Of a stretch of 64,000 nucleotides of DNA, positions 1 to 13,269 are shown in pieces (within the stretch, counting starts at the first letter, position 1; each line of letters starts with the position of its first letter). The translations under genes were made by a program, and so were the position numbers. The notes below the pieces were generated by a model. That model was not told where the DNA came from, searched no databases, and was given only the letters and a program-made list of their open reading frames with translations. The stretch is from the human T2T-CHM13v2.0 reference genome, Homo sapiens: assembly GCF_009914755.1 (NCBI RefSeq), contig NC_060926.1. The stretch is one strand, 5' to 3'.

Positions 1-420
1 TAGAGCAGAAAATCACCTTTCTTCATGGAGTTTACACATGAGTGGGGAGAAATCCACATTGAAGATAATAACTGAGTCACTTACATAGTATATTAGAAGA
101 TGGCAAGGGAGATGAGTGGTGTTAGGGCAAGTTTCCAGCACTAGGTAGAAGAGGAAGGCCTCACTGAGAAGATGACATTTGACTGAAGGTCTGAAATTGG
201 TAAAAGTGATGATCCCTATTGACATCAGTGGGCAGAGTGCCATGAGGGCAAGTAAACAGCCAGTGCAAAGGCCCTAAGTTGGGTGCATACCTGGTTTGTA
301 CAAAGAAGAAGAACAAGGTGACTAGACAAGGGTGATCATGATGAAGAATAAAAGAGCTTAGTAATATAATGGGGAGCAGAAACTCCCATGAGGTTTTTGA
401 CTCTTATAGGAGAAATAGGG
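1..420 (-). mobile_element. L2 LINE fragment (ancient)
   Basis: 'ctttcttcatggagtttacacatgagtggggaga' and 'ggaaggcctcactgagaagatgacatttgactga...cagtgcaaaggccctaag' resemble the reverse complement of the L2 3' region. Confidence 0.6.
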
Positions 421-1059
421 AACAAAACTCACTGAAGTTAGTTTTAGTGGAATTTTGAGCAAAACTTTTAATACTAAAGAACTAATTGGAGAAAACACTA
501 CATACTGTATTATATAAAGAAAACTTTCAGGTCATTTCAGGAAGGACTGAATGACCTTTCAGTCTTTTACTTCTGACATTGGACTCTGTGGGAAGAAAAT
601 GTAATCTAATGGGTTTGTCACTGAGTTATGACTCAGCAGGGTATTTAATCTGCCCTTGATTTAATCTTGAGACACTTGATACCAGGGCATACTGACTATG
701 GTTTCTGCTATGGAATTCTCTGTTCAAGTTATCTTTTAATTTAAAATTAAATTGGAAAGTATCCATTTGCTGCTGTTTTCAACCTTCTGAAAATGCAGAA
801 ATGTATTATTGAGCATCCTGCAAAGTGTTCTTGGACTTTTCTATTCTTTCTATACATTTTGGTTTTGGGTAACAAGCAGTAAGGTCAACTTGGTTTTGGC
901 TTTACCATATATGGGAGTCATACATTTCTTATATTTTTATGCTTTTGATTGCATTAATGATATTTGGGATAAATACATACACATAAAGCATCTACATGAA
1001 TATGTTGAGTGTGGTAAAAAGCATACTCATAATCCATTGTGTCTTTTATGGTGGATACA

Positions 1060-1290
1060 ACTTTCATTCAGTTCATATTTACCTTGCAGTTACTCTGTGT
1101 CTGAGGCTGTTTTAGGCACTGCAGACACAAAAATGAGCAATTTATAGTTTCTACCTTTAGAGAATTTAAATAAGCAAGTCAACCTAGTGTGAGAAGTTCT
1201 ATGCTAGAAGTACAAGATGCTACATGAACATATAGAAGGATCATCTCATCCAACTCTGGAAGTGCAGTGTTATTCAGGGTATGTTTCAAA
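1060..1290 (-). mobile_element. L2 3'-end fragment
   Basis: 'ttcattcagttcatatttacc...tactctgtgtctgaggctgttttaggcactgcagacacaaaaatgagcaa' resembles the antisense L2 tail. Confidence 0.5.
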
Positions 1291-1735
1291 TGGTTAAGTA
1301 CACATACATGCACACACAAACACAAGCTTAGATTTGCTGTTTTAAACATCTAAGACAGCTGCATATGGGGCTGCTTTTCCTAGTGCATAGCCATTTGTAA
1401 CCAGAGAAATGGGTCTGGTCCTCATTATAAAGTGAAAATCAGGGGATTTTCTTGATAACATAAAATGAACAAATATTTATCATTTCTACAGATTTTGCCA
1501 AATTTAGATGATCTGTTCTTTTACCTCATTAGAAACTCCTTATTCCTAGCAGAGTTCCAACCTGGGAGGTATTTGCAGCAGCTACTAGCAAATTTGCAGT
1601 TATCTGAAATCAAGCAAATAGTTGACTTCATCATACTGGCTACTAGCAACTGGTACAGAAATTGCTTTATAGATAGATGCCCCATGGGTGAAAGTGAAGA
1701 GCCATTTTGAATATAAGCCCCAAAGTTCTGCAAAC

Positions 1736-1736
1736 A

Positions 1737-1772
<36 letters not shown>

Positions 1773-1782
1773 AAATAAATAA
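1736..1782. repeat. (TAAA)n microsatellite
   Basis: Direct reading: about 11 near-perfect TAAA units. Confidence 0.9.
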
Positions 1783-4339
1783 AATTGATTGCCTCCAATA
1801 AACAGGTTGGACAGCTTGGATTGGGACTGTCAGTATAGATGTTTCAACAGCAGCAGAGGACAAGCCTCTGGTTTTCCCTTCCTTTGAGTATACTCTAGAG
1901 ATTACTTGTCATTCTTACTATATTTAGGATCAAGGGTGATGGAAGAAATTGTTCAGTTTTTTCATTGTCTACCTTGTCTGCAGCCAGGACCTTAAGTTTT
2001 CCTCATGCATAGGTTTTCTACGTTAACAATCATTTTCCCCCCATTAGAAAACAAGAACTTTCTCTCTTGTGTTTCGTTGACAAGTGGTGGAATTTTGTTT
2101 CAGCAAATTTATAGAGACATTTAAATCTCATTCTCTGGAAAAGAGAAGATGATTCAAATCCCAAGATGAAGACTCAACTCTTGCCATGCTGGAAGGAGTT
2201 AGAAGAGGTTCATGTTCTTGGATAAAAGTATGTCTATTGGCTACAAATAAATGCAAGAAATACGCAAAAGTTTCCTGGAGGAAGAGTGTAAAGAATCCCT
2301 GAAAGATGGGAGGAGTTAGTCCAGGGAGGAGTGGTAGAAGAGAGTTTCAGGCAGAGAAAACAGCTTGTGTTACCTGGAAGCTAGAGGTAACATGGAACCT
2401 ATAAAGAAATGAAGAGATTCAGGTTCGGTATGGGTTGAATGGAAAATGTGAGAGTACAATATGTAGCCATGCACTAAGAAGGACTGCAGGGCCATTTGTA
2501 GAAGAAATGGCTGTTAAACATACAGGTTTGTCCTGGAGAGTTGCAACTCATCTGAATTGTGATTATGGAAAATTTGTGATTTCAAAAGACCTGTCAGAAC
2601 TCACTACAACCATTTTTTTCAAGAAGAAAATGAGACCCAGATTTTAACTCTTGGGCACAAATTCAAGTCCTAAGTTATTTTCTTTCACGGAATATCACTA
2701 TAAATAGAGGGGTAAATATGATTATTTAGCCTTAAAAATATATTTTTGAAGACATTTTATGTGGGTAAATATACATATCATATGTCAAAGATATGAAACT
2801 CTAAGAAAACAGTCTTTGGGGTCCTATTATATAAAATAAAAATTTCTCAATGTCATAGAAAACAATCTATTTGTAATTTTTCCCAATATTTAGATAATAC
2901 ACGTATCTTCTTGACTTTATTTTTCTCATATGTTACATTTTTTGAATCAGATTAATTTATCTTTCATGTATTTTGAAGTTACCTTAAATTAATCCTTTTT
3001 TAACTGGAAATATCATCTTAACATTTTCAGTGGAATTCAGGAGGGTTGGTATCATTTCTACGTCTATATTCTGTGCTACTTGCTTGCCTGTAGTGTGTAT
3101 GTATATGGTGGTCACTCATAGTAAAGAACAGTGCATTTAACATTAGGCTGGAGGGCTGGTATCTTCATAATAATTATAGGTTTTTGACATATGGCTTTAG
3201 ATAACTTACATGGCATTGTGTGCCAGAAAGAATGTGCGCCCTAGAGACTCACATCTGAACTTGAAACCCAACTCTTTCATTTAAGACTACAAAAACTCGA
3301 GAATTTTAATTGTCCTCACTAAGTGTCAGTTTTCTAATATGTGATGGGAGTAAGTCCATCGCTCCAATGTCATTTTGAATATTAAAAATTTAATAAATGT
3401 ATACAAAGTAACTGCAACATGGTTAACATTAATAAAGAATAGTTGTTGTGGCTAAAATAATAATTAAAAGAGTATTTACATAAGCTAGCAGCAAGTATTT
3501 TATGGAGACAGGGCAAAATTTAGAAGTCTCAAGGAAATATCCTTTAAAGAGGTGTGATACTTTGTAATGATAATTTAAATGAAATTAAGAGAGAAATGAT
3601 CAAGTATAATTTTATATATTGTAAAATAAAAATCCAAATGCTTCCAATTATACCTGAGTAGTTGCTCAGTATATAATGAAATAAAATATAATTTGATAAA
3701 TCTTATCTCTTTTTGTAAAACCTAAAATATAGCTTTATTGCTTCTTTGTTTCTGGAGTTCCTTCTTTTACAATTCATATTAAACTCAGAAATTTCCTGTA
3801 ACTACATTTCCATGTTCATTGGTCAAAGATTATAAAAGTACTTATAAATCAATAAGCATAGTAAAAATGAGTATATCCTATTCTTGATATGATGTTTATG
3901 CATTTTTAATAATGTACAATGCTATTATAGTACATAGTATTATAAAGTTAATATCCACCTAATAAGTCATCTAAATTGTCATCCTAACCTCAATAGGGTT
4001 ACCTTGTCCTACATCATGAACTAGAAAGAAACTTGAATTCAGAATTTAATTCAGGACATTGATTTCTTAGAATAAGTTAAGAGTTACAATGTAGTGTTGA
4101 TGAACATGCTATGTCAAGAACTATGAGGAATAACCCTAATTTAAGAGAATGGCTTTTTCCTTGGATGAAATAACATTTATATGACCTTGAAAATCAAGGG
4201 ATAGTCAAAGGCAAATAATATGAATTTGCAATGGACAAATACAAAAGAATACCAAAGAAGAGAAAAGCCTGAAATAAATGGAAATTACCAGTATTCCAGA
4301 TAAGAAACTGAAATATATAAACTACAAAGTATATTCTTC

Positions 4340-6140
4340 TGCTTTTTTAACATACTGAAAAATTTCATACATACACAAAAATAGACAAAATGGTATAATG
4401 AGTCCCAGTGTTAACATTCAGCTTCAGTAATTATCAACTGCTATTTAATTTTGTTTTATGTCTCATTCACTTTCCGTCTTTTTTCTAGATTAATTAGAAG
4501 CAAATCTCAAGTAGCATGTAATTTCATATGAAAATATTCAGTATCAAAGGATATTTTTGAAAACAAACCACAATATCATATTATCCTAAACCAATCAATA
4601 ACAATATATTAGTATCATCATATAACCAATAGTGTTCAAATTTCCCTACCTATCTCATATATATGTAAGTATGTGTGAATTTATGTGTGCGTATGTGTAC
4701 ACATACATACTTATATACACATATATACACAAATAAATATATATTTTTAAAATCAGGATCTACTACAAAGGTATTGACCTTTTTATTATAACTGGTTGAT
4801 ACATTGCCTTGTTCCATGATATTTAGGCCTAGAACCTTGACCAGGTTCATTTTTAATAGTTAATAAATTGTGTTTTGTATTGTTATATACTTCTATCTGG
4901 AAGCATATACTCTCTTGTTATCTCTGTCTCTGATGTTAGCTGCCATTGATAATCATTGTCTATATCAAAGAAACTATGGCCCATGGGCCAAATTGTCCTG
5001 CAGCCTCTTTTGGTAAAAAAATTTTTATTGGAACACAGACACATTTATTCATTTATGTTTTCTCTATGGCTTCTTTTATGCTATAACAGCAGAGTTGAAA
5101 CAGAAACCATACAGACCTCAAAGCCTATAATATTTACCTTCTGATTCATTACAGGAAAAGTTTTCTGACCTCTGGCCTAAATCCATTATTTTGATAGATT
5201 ATGAAAACAAGCATACTTTAGTTATGTCATTTCTTCTTCTATTAGTAGACTATACTACAGTTAGTATTCAAGTAATCGGACTACTTTAATAAAGAGAAAC
5301 TTTCCCTCATCGACTATTTGGTTACCTTTAGATGAAGATTGAATGGAAAAATAATATTCAACATTTGATTTGCTAGTTTAAAAAATGAGTTGGTTTCTCA
5401 GCATCTTCTAAAAGACAACCATATATTGTTTTTCTTTTAATATTAATATATAGGCTCATTTATTTAAATCTTTTAGGTAATTTTTAATCCATTGCATTTT
5501 CATACCTACTGATGTTAGATTGTCTCAGTTCAGGCTATTGACAATATCTTTAAGTAGGCTCCTGAGTCATTTTATTATTACCCTGGTAGTCTTTCTTTCT
5601 CTGCTTTGGTATGACAAAATGTTCCAGGAGCATCTTGTATGTATTCTGCTCAAAATGTGGAATCGGCCATTTCATAAGGGATTCTCATATTCTTTTAGAT
5701 AGAAATGATATTTAGAGACCACTTTGAGGTCTAGAGATTTTATTTGATCATTGCTTCTAGGATTTTTCAGTGGACAGAGCTAAGAAATTTATTTTCTTTT
5801 CTTTAATATATCATGGATACTTGTAATTCATATTCAAGACTATATAGTTTTTACTTAATCTCATCTCTCTGATATCTATATCCTGTTTCTCCCTTGCCAA
5901 AACTCCTTGGTTCTCAATGGCACCAGGATAATTGTGTATTTGTTTTTTATCCCATAATTCATACACAACAGTCTGAAAATAACAATACCCATTAACTAAA
6001 GACTTTGTTTTTTTTTCTCCCCTAGGTTATATTCCACTAGATATAAACAAGTACTACAAGTTTTAGAATTATTTGGAATACTATTCTGTGTTTTGCCACA
6101 AACTCGACCACAGAGTTGAGTTTCATATGTTGAGTCATGC
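4340..6140 (-). mobile_element. Old L1M (L1MC/ME-type) 3' fragments, interrupted by MER58
   Basis: T-rich antisense L1M-like motifs 'tactgaaaaatttcatacatacacaaaaatagacaaaatggtataatga' and 'gacaaaatgttccaggagcatcttgtat'. Confidence 0.5.
4962..5174. mobile_element. MER58A-like hAT-Charlie MITE
   Basis: 'aaactatggcccatgggccaaat...tttattggaacacag...aaagcctataatatttac...ttacaggaaaagttttctgacctctg' follows the MER58 layout. Confidence 0.75.
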
Positions 6141-8284
6141 TTTACTCTCTTCTCTAACCACAGATTTTACAATAACTCTGGCCAGTCATCTCAGAATTTT
6201 TATTTTTCATCTCAATTGTACCAGGATAGAGAGTGTTTATGGGCTTTTGACTCTCCTTTCCCCTTTCAAAAAATATCTTCTTTCATTGGCATTAGCAATT
6301 CAGCACTGAGTATACATTCATGCAATGGAATATGTATTTTTCCTATGTTGGGATAGCCAGACATATTGGATAGGGCTGCTTGTATTGACGTCACTTTTAA
6401 GCTAAGAATATAATAGGAATAAGGGTATATATGGAGACAATCTGTATCCTTTCTTAACTGGAGAATCTGGCTTCCTGGAATGATGATCTACTCTGTGGTA
6501 CCACTTTTTAAAATATAGAAATGTAGGAAAGAGACCACTTAAAATGTATTAGATAGAAACAATAAAAACTCATATGATTTAGAATAACAAGTGGAACATA
6601 ACACTTGATGGACCCAATGGTCTTAACTACTAATCCAAATAACTTTTATTTCTCATAGTCGATACAATATTTAGGTAAGATTTTACATGTAAAAAATTTT
6701 AGTTCCTAGAATTTAAATAAAATTTGTCAGTGTCAAGGCAGAATAATAAAATGGCTATTTAACAGCATCATGCGTGCCAATAAATCACAGGGAATCTCTC
6801 TCCCTTACTCACCCTCCCTAGTGTGATAAACATGGTTTGTCCCATTCAGAGAATATTGTATACCGTAGGAATAATCAGAACATATTGTTAGCTCCAATTT
6901 TCCATCATTTATTTTTCAGTGCCAAACAAAAGTAAACCTCACCACACAGTTTAGTCATGAGTAGAAAGAGAATTAGCCTTTTAATGGGAGCTGCTGTTTT
7001 AAAAAGTGGCTCTTAGAAGTAGAAGACGGAAGGAAACACTGTTCATATTAATGCACAATTGTTCATTGTGCTTACTAATGCTATAGAAAAGCCTCTTTAA
7101 AAACTTTTCATTACTACCTATTTTGCATAATGTCTATATTAAAAATCAGTGTACTATTTGCCTCTGGAAACACTACAGCTGATCCGTAAGTCAGTTTGGA
7201 AGAAAACTGAACTCAATAGACAAAGACGGATTCTTCACCCATCTGATATGTCATGCCAACAAATGGTTTTTTTGTGCACTCTGTCAGTGTCTTAATCAGT
7301 GTCGACAGCCCTTAGCACTGACACTGCTCTGAAAGCTCTTCTCACATTTAATCCTTCAACTTGTATATGTTATAGAGACATTCAGATGAGGCATGATAGT
7401 ACACATGATTTACACGGTCTTGTCAATTCTCGGATTTGTCACACATCAAAGTCACATAAGATGATTTTTCCCCTTATTGCTATCTAAACTACTTAAGGAA
7501 TAAGTTGCAAAGATAATTCTTAGCATAATTGCTATGCAGAACTATTTATGTAACTTGATGTTAGAATTTTTATAAAAAGGTTTTTATGAACCTGTTAGTA
7601 AGATTTTATAGTAAATAAGTTCTCACACATAGATGTTTATATTTAGGTTTACTTGTTTTTTGACTACTGACTATATGTAAATTATCACATGGCTATGTAA
7701 GTTATGTTATGTAAGCTAAGGCTGAATAAGTGTTTGCTTTATTAAATGGACTTTTTTGGGCCATGTAAATTTGAAGCTTTTTGGCTAATACATACATATG
7801 AATGAAAAAAATTTGATTTAAAACTTGGCATATTGTCTGTGTATTTCAGATTAAGCTAATATTGTATAAGAGGACACAGTAGCATAAAGTGGAACAATGT
7901 ACATTTATTGGATAGTTTAAAAATATAGATTGATTTGTGTCTGTCTAACAATGGGCCCAAGAACTTCACAGTTGGATTAAAATCGGGGATATATATATTT
8001 TTTCTTCTTCGGAGATAAAGACATCAAGAATTCAGGAAGAACAAAGGAGCCTTTCTCTGTTCAGTGGAGAAAGGATGACAGGTATAAATGAAAGGTTTTA
8101 TATATAGTATGAGATGTAAATAAGATAGCCAGAGAAGCTATAACAATAACCTAAAATACTTAGAGAAATAACGGAAGAGCTCAATTATGTGACAGTATGT
8201 AAATAAAACTGTTCTGATGTGATGTTAAAATTAGGGTCTTGTAATTATGCAATTTACATTTAAATACTTTCTTATAATCTATGG

Positions 8285-8460
8285 CATCATGAATAAGTTG
8301 CTTAAACTTTCTATGCCTCAGTTTCCTCATCTACATCACGAAGCTAGCATTAGTAAGTACTTCACAGAAATGTTGTGAAGATTACATTACAAACTTCATA
8401 AAAGCTGATTAGCAGCCAGCATGTTAAATGTGTTGAATAAATGTTAGTTATTAATATTAT
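8285..8460 (+). mobile_element. MIR SINE
   Basis: MIR core 'aagttgcttaaactttctatgcctcagtttcctcatctac' and tail 'aataaatgttagttattaatatt'. Confidence 0.75.
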
Positions 8461-8479
8461 GATTATATAAGTAATAAAT

Positions 8480-9600
8480 CATTAGAAAATACAATGAAAA
8501 GCAATCTCATTAATGTGAGAAACAAATATTATATAAAATACTGGGATATTATATAAAATCTCAACAAGAAATGTATGGGACACATGGAAAGAATCCCTAA
8601 AATTGTGCTTAGATAAATAAAGAGGAATACTTAGCATTTGTAAACATGTCATTTTTTCCCCAAATAGAATTAAAGTTACATCACAGGGATAGTTAAAATA
8701 AAGGGGAATATTTTGGGAAATCTGACAAATATTTCTTAAATAAAAAAGAAAGTTTGAAAAAATACATAAGAAAACTAGTTCTTAGGGAGAAAAAAGGAGG
8801 AAATCAATGGACCCACTTTATCATGTTATGAACACTCTCATAATAAAGGAGAAATTAGAAATTAATACAGTGGAATAGATAGTCCTGATGCATTAGTTAG
8901 ACTGAACTATCTGAAATTACCAATATTTAACTGCTTTTGACTTACAAAACTGGCAATTTCATATCGTTCAATGTAATATTTTCTACACATAAAGATAGCA
9001 TACAAGTGAATGGAGAAAGATAAAATAGTCAATAAATGATGCTTTAAAAGTTAGTCAGAAAAACATTAAATCAGAGCTTTACCTTAAATTTTAGATGAGT
9101 TAGAATTAAGTAATAAATAACATATGAGGTGTTTTATTTATAGTAGCCAAATATCCGTTTGCTACAAGCAATTCGTGTATCTGACAGACAAGAATGGGTA
9201 AATTACACTGTGATGCAAAAAGATATAGTAAATAGTAAGGGTTATTTGGAAGAAAATTTAAAATATGGAAAAAAATGTTTCTCCCATAATTCTCGGAATA
9301 AAGCAGAATCTACTATCTTACACACAACTTGATTCAAATATAATATATATATTTATTAAGATCAATAAATTTACATAGTAAAATCTCTTTATGATAAATA
9401 TATTAAAACAAAATAGGTATATAAATATTATTAGAAAGTTAACCATGTTATGACAGTTATGAGATTTTTCTAGCATATCCATATCTGTTTTATGTTTTTT
9501 AAGTGGCAAAACATTATAGACAGGACTTAAACCACTTCCTTATTTGTCTCCTTCTCTACACTGAGGAAATCTGATCTTGAATTTAGGGTTTCTCATTTTT
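8480..9600 (+). mobile_element. Highly decayed L1ME-like fragments
   Basis: A-rich L1 ORF2/3'-like motifs ('agtgaatggagaaagataaaatagtcaataaatgatgct', 'ttatttatagtagccaaa'). Confidence 0.4.
8897..8976. mobile_element. MADE2-like 80-bp mariner MITE
   Basis: 80-bp element with ~25-bp inverted ends (ttagactgaactatctgaaattacc / ggcaatttcatatcgttcaatgtaa, 20 of 25 pairing), followed by TA. Confidence 0.7.
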
Positions 9601-11056
9601 ATATAGTTTTAAAAGTGTCTATTCATAAATAGTGCAAGTTCTTTTTATATTTTTAATATTTTTATATAAATAATGTATTATTATAGCTTTGTTGTGATAT
9701 AACTTATATAACAATGCTCTCATTCTAAGTGTACAATTCGTTGATCAATGATTGTCATAGACTTGTGTTTCTCCTATACTGCACCGTAATCCAATTTTAG
9801 GATGTTTGCTTCAAATTTCCTAAAGTTCCTGGATCCCCTTTGCACTCAATCCTGCTCCCACCCCCAGTCCCAGAAAACCACTGATTTTCTTTCTATCTCT
9901 AAGAATTTGCTTTTCTGGACATTTTGTATATACAATACCATAGAATAATATTTTGGTTTGACTTCTTAGTATGTTTTTGTGGTCATTAATGTAACATAAA
10001 TTGACATTTCATTCTCTCTTAGTATTGAATAGTATTTTATTTTATGGTATACTACATTTTGTTTGTTCATTTACCAAATAAAAATTTGAATGATTTCCAG
10101 GTTTTAGCTAATATGAATAATGCTGCTGTGAATATTCGTGTACAAGTCTTTGTGTGGACTTATATTTTCATTTCTCTTCAGTGGATTCCTAGCAGTAGAA
10201 TTGCTGAGACATCCTTAATCCACTGAACATATGGCAAATATGTGTTTAACTTTTTAAGAAATGGCCAAAATATTTTCCAAAGTGGCTATAACATTATACA
10301 ACCCATGTTACATTTTAATTTCTCCACATCCTCACCAATTCTTGTTACTGTCTATTTTTTTATAAGCAATCTATAATGCCTAATAAAGTTAAGTATCTTT
10401 TCATGTGCTTATTAGCTATTCTTATGTCTTTTTTGGCGAAATGTTCATTTAAGTTTTACCCATTTTTATATCGGGGTTTTGTGTTATTATTATGACTTGT
10501 GAGACTTCTTTATTTATTCTGGATACAATACTTTTATGAGGCATGTAATTTGCAAATATTTTTTCACAGTCTTTTGTGTTTTTATTTTCTTAAAGTATCT
10601 CTTGAAGTGCAAATATTTTAATTTTAATGAAATTTAATTTATCATTTTATTTTATGCACTGTGCTTTTGATGTCATATCTGAGAACTCTGCCTAACTCAA
10701 GTTCACAAAGGTTTTCTCCTATATTTTCTTTCAGAAGTTTTATTGTTTAAACTCTTATATTTAGACCTGTGAACCATTTTGAGATAATTTTCTTGATAGT
10801 GTGAGAGAAGAGACTAAGCTAATTCTTTACAAATGGATAACTAATTGTCCTAGCACTATCTGTCAAAAACACCATCCTTTCTTCAATTGAATTGCCTGAG
10901 TACCTTTGTAAAAAATCATTTCATTTCTTAACTCTCAATTCTGTTTATCTACATTCCTATCTTTATGCCAATAACACTCTGCCTTGATTCCTGTAGCTTT
11001 ATGGTGCATTTTAAAATTGAGTAGTGGAAGTCCTTCAACATTGTTCTTCTTTTTAA

Positions 11057-12049
<993 letters not shown>

Positions 12050-12355
12050 AAAGAAAAGAAAAGAAAGGATCACAGTTGCTCTAGGTCCTCTCCATTTTTA
12101 TATGTATCACATTCAACCTCTCCAAAAAAAAAAAAAAAAAAAAAAAAGGCTGCTGAGTTGTTTTTTTTTTTTTAATTAGAATTTCATTAAATTGGTATGG
12201 GTAGAATTGGCATTTTAACAGTATTTTCTTCCAGTCCACAAACATAAAATATCTCAATCTTTAATTTCTCTCATCAGGGTTTTGTAATTTTCAGTACAAA
12301 ATCTTACACTTTTTGGTTACACAAATGCTTAAATGTTTTCCACTTTTCAATACTA

Positions 12356-12578
12356 CAGACATCCCAGATTTATGATTACTCCACTCTTGATTTTTTGACT
12401 TTATGATGGTACAAAGCAAATGCATTCAGTACACTCCTGGATGGAGTTACCTCTGGATGTCACAAATATCTGTACCTATGGTAAGTTGAAAACACTTTCC
12501 ACACTTTCAATTCAGAATATTTCCAGTTTATGATGGGTTTAATGGGACATAACCCCATCATAAGTCAAGGAACATCTG
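12356..12578. mobile_element. MER47/Tigger5-family MITE
   Basis: TA|cagacatccc...gactttatgatgg... to 'gggacataaccccatcataagtcaaggaacatctg'; inverted termini cag(a/c)..catctg. Confidence 0.7.
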
Positions 12579-13269
12579 CATGGTGAATATAATTTTTTTT
12601 GCAATATTATATTGCAAAATTATATATTGCAATATTATATTTTTTATGCAATATTATATATTGCATAATATGTAAGTGATCTTTAGCAGGTTGAGGAAAT
12701 CCCTTTTATTATTAGTCTTTTTGAGCTTTTTGAAAATCATGAGTTAGCTTTTATTCATTTTATTCTTCATTTATTGAGATTATCACATGGTTTCAGACAT
12801 TCATTCTGTTAATATTGTTTATTACATAAATTGATTTTCAGATACTATACCAATCTTTAACTCCTGGGATAAGTCCCACTTGGTATATAACCTTTTTGGT
12901 ATGTTACTAAATTTAGTTTACTAATTCTTTTTGTGGATTTAAGTATGTAGTTAAGAGCAATATTGATATCTAGCTTTCTTAATTTGTGTTGTCTTTTTTC
13001 AGCTTTAGTTTCTAGTATTGGGGTAATGCTGGCTTCATATAATGATCTGGGGGAGTATTTCCATCTTCTCTAATTTTTTTCTCTTTTTTTTGAAGGAGAT
13101 TTTGTGGATATTATTTGCTCTTTAAATATTTGAGAGAATTCACAAGTGAACCCATGTGGGCCTAGAATTTCTTTATAGGAAGTTTATTTATTATTAATTT
13201 AATTTCTTTACTTGGTATAGATATATACTCTAGTTTTTATTTTCTGAAAAAGTCTTACATTCCCTTTAA

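Noticed and set aside
809-1147. 112-aa hydrophobic ORF
   Set aside because: TTG start, composition reflects T-rich DNA, and the 3' end runs into an L2 fragment; no family resemblance
12124-12173. A24 ... T-run inverted pair
   Set aside because: Homopolymer expansions inside a decayed L1; no TSD or body indicating an insertion
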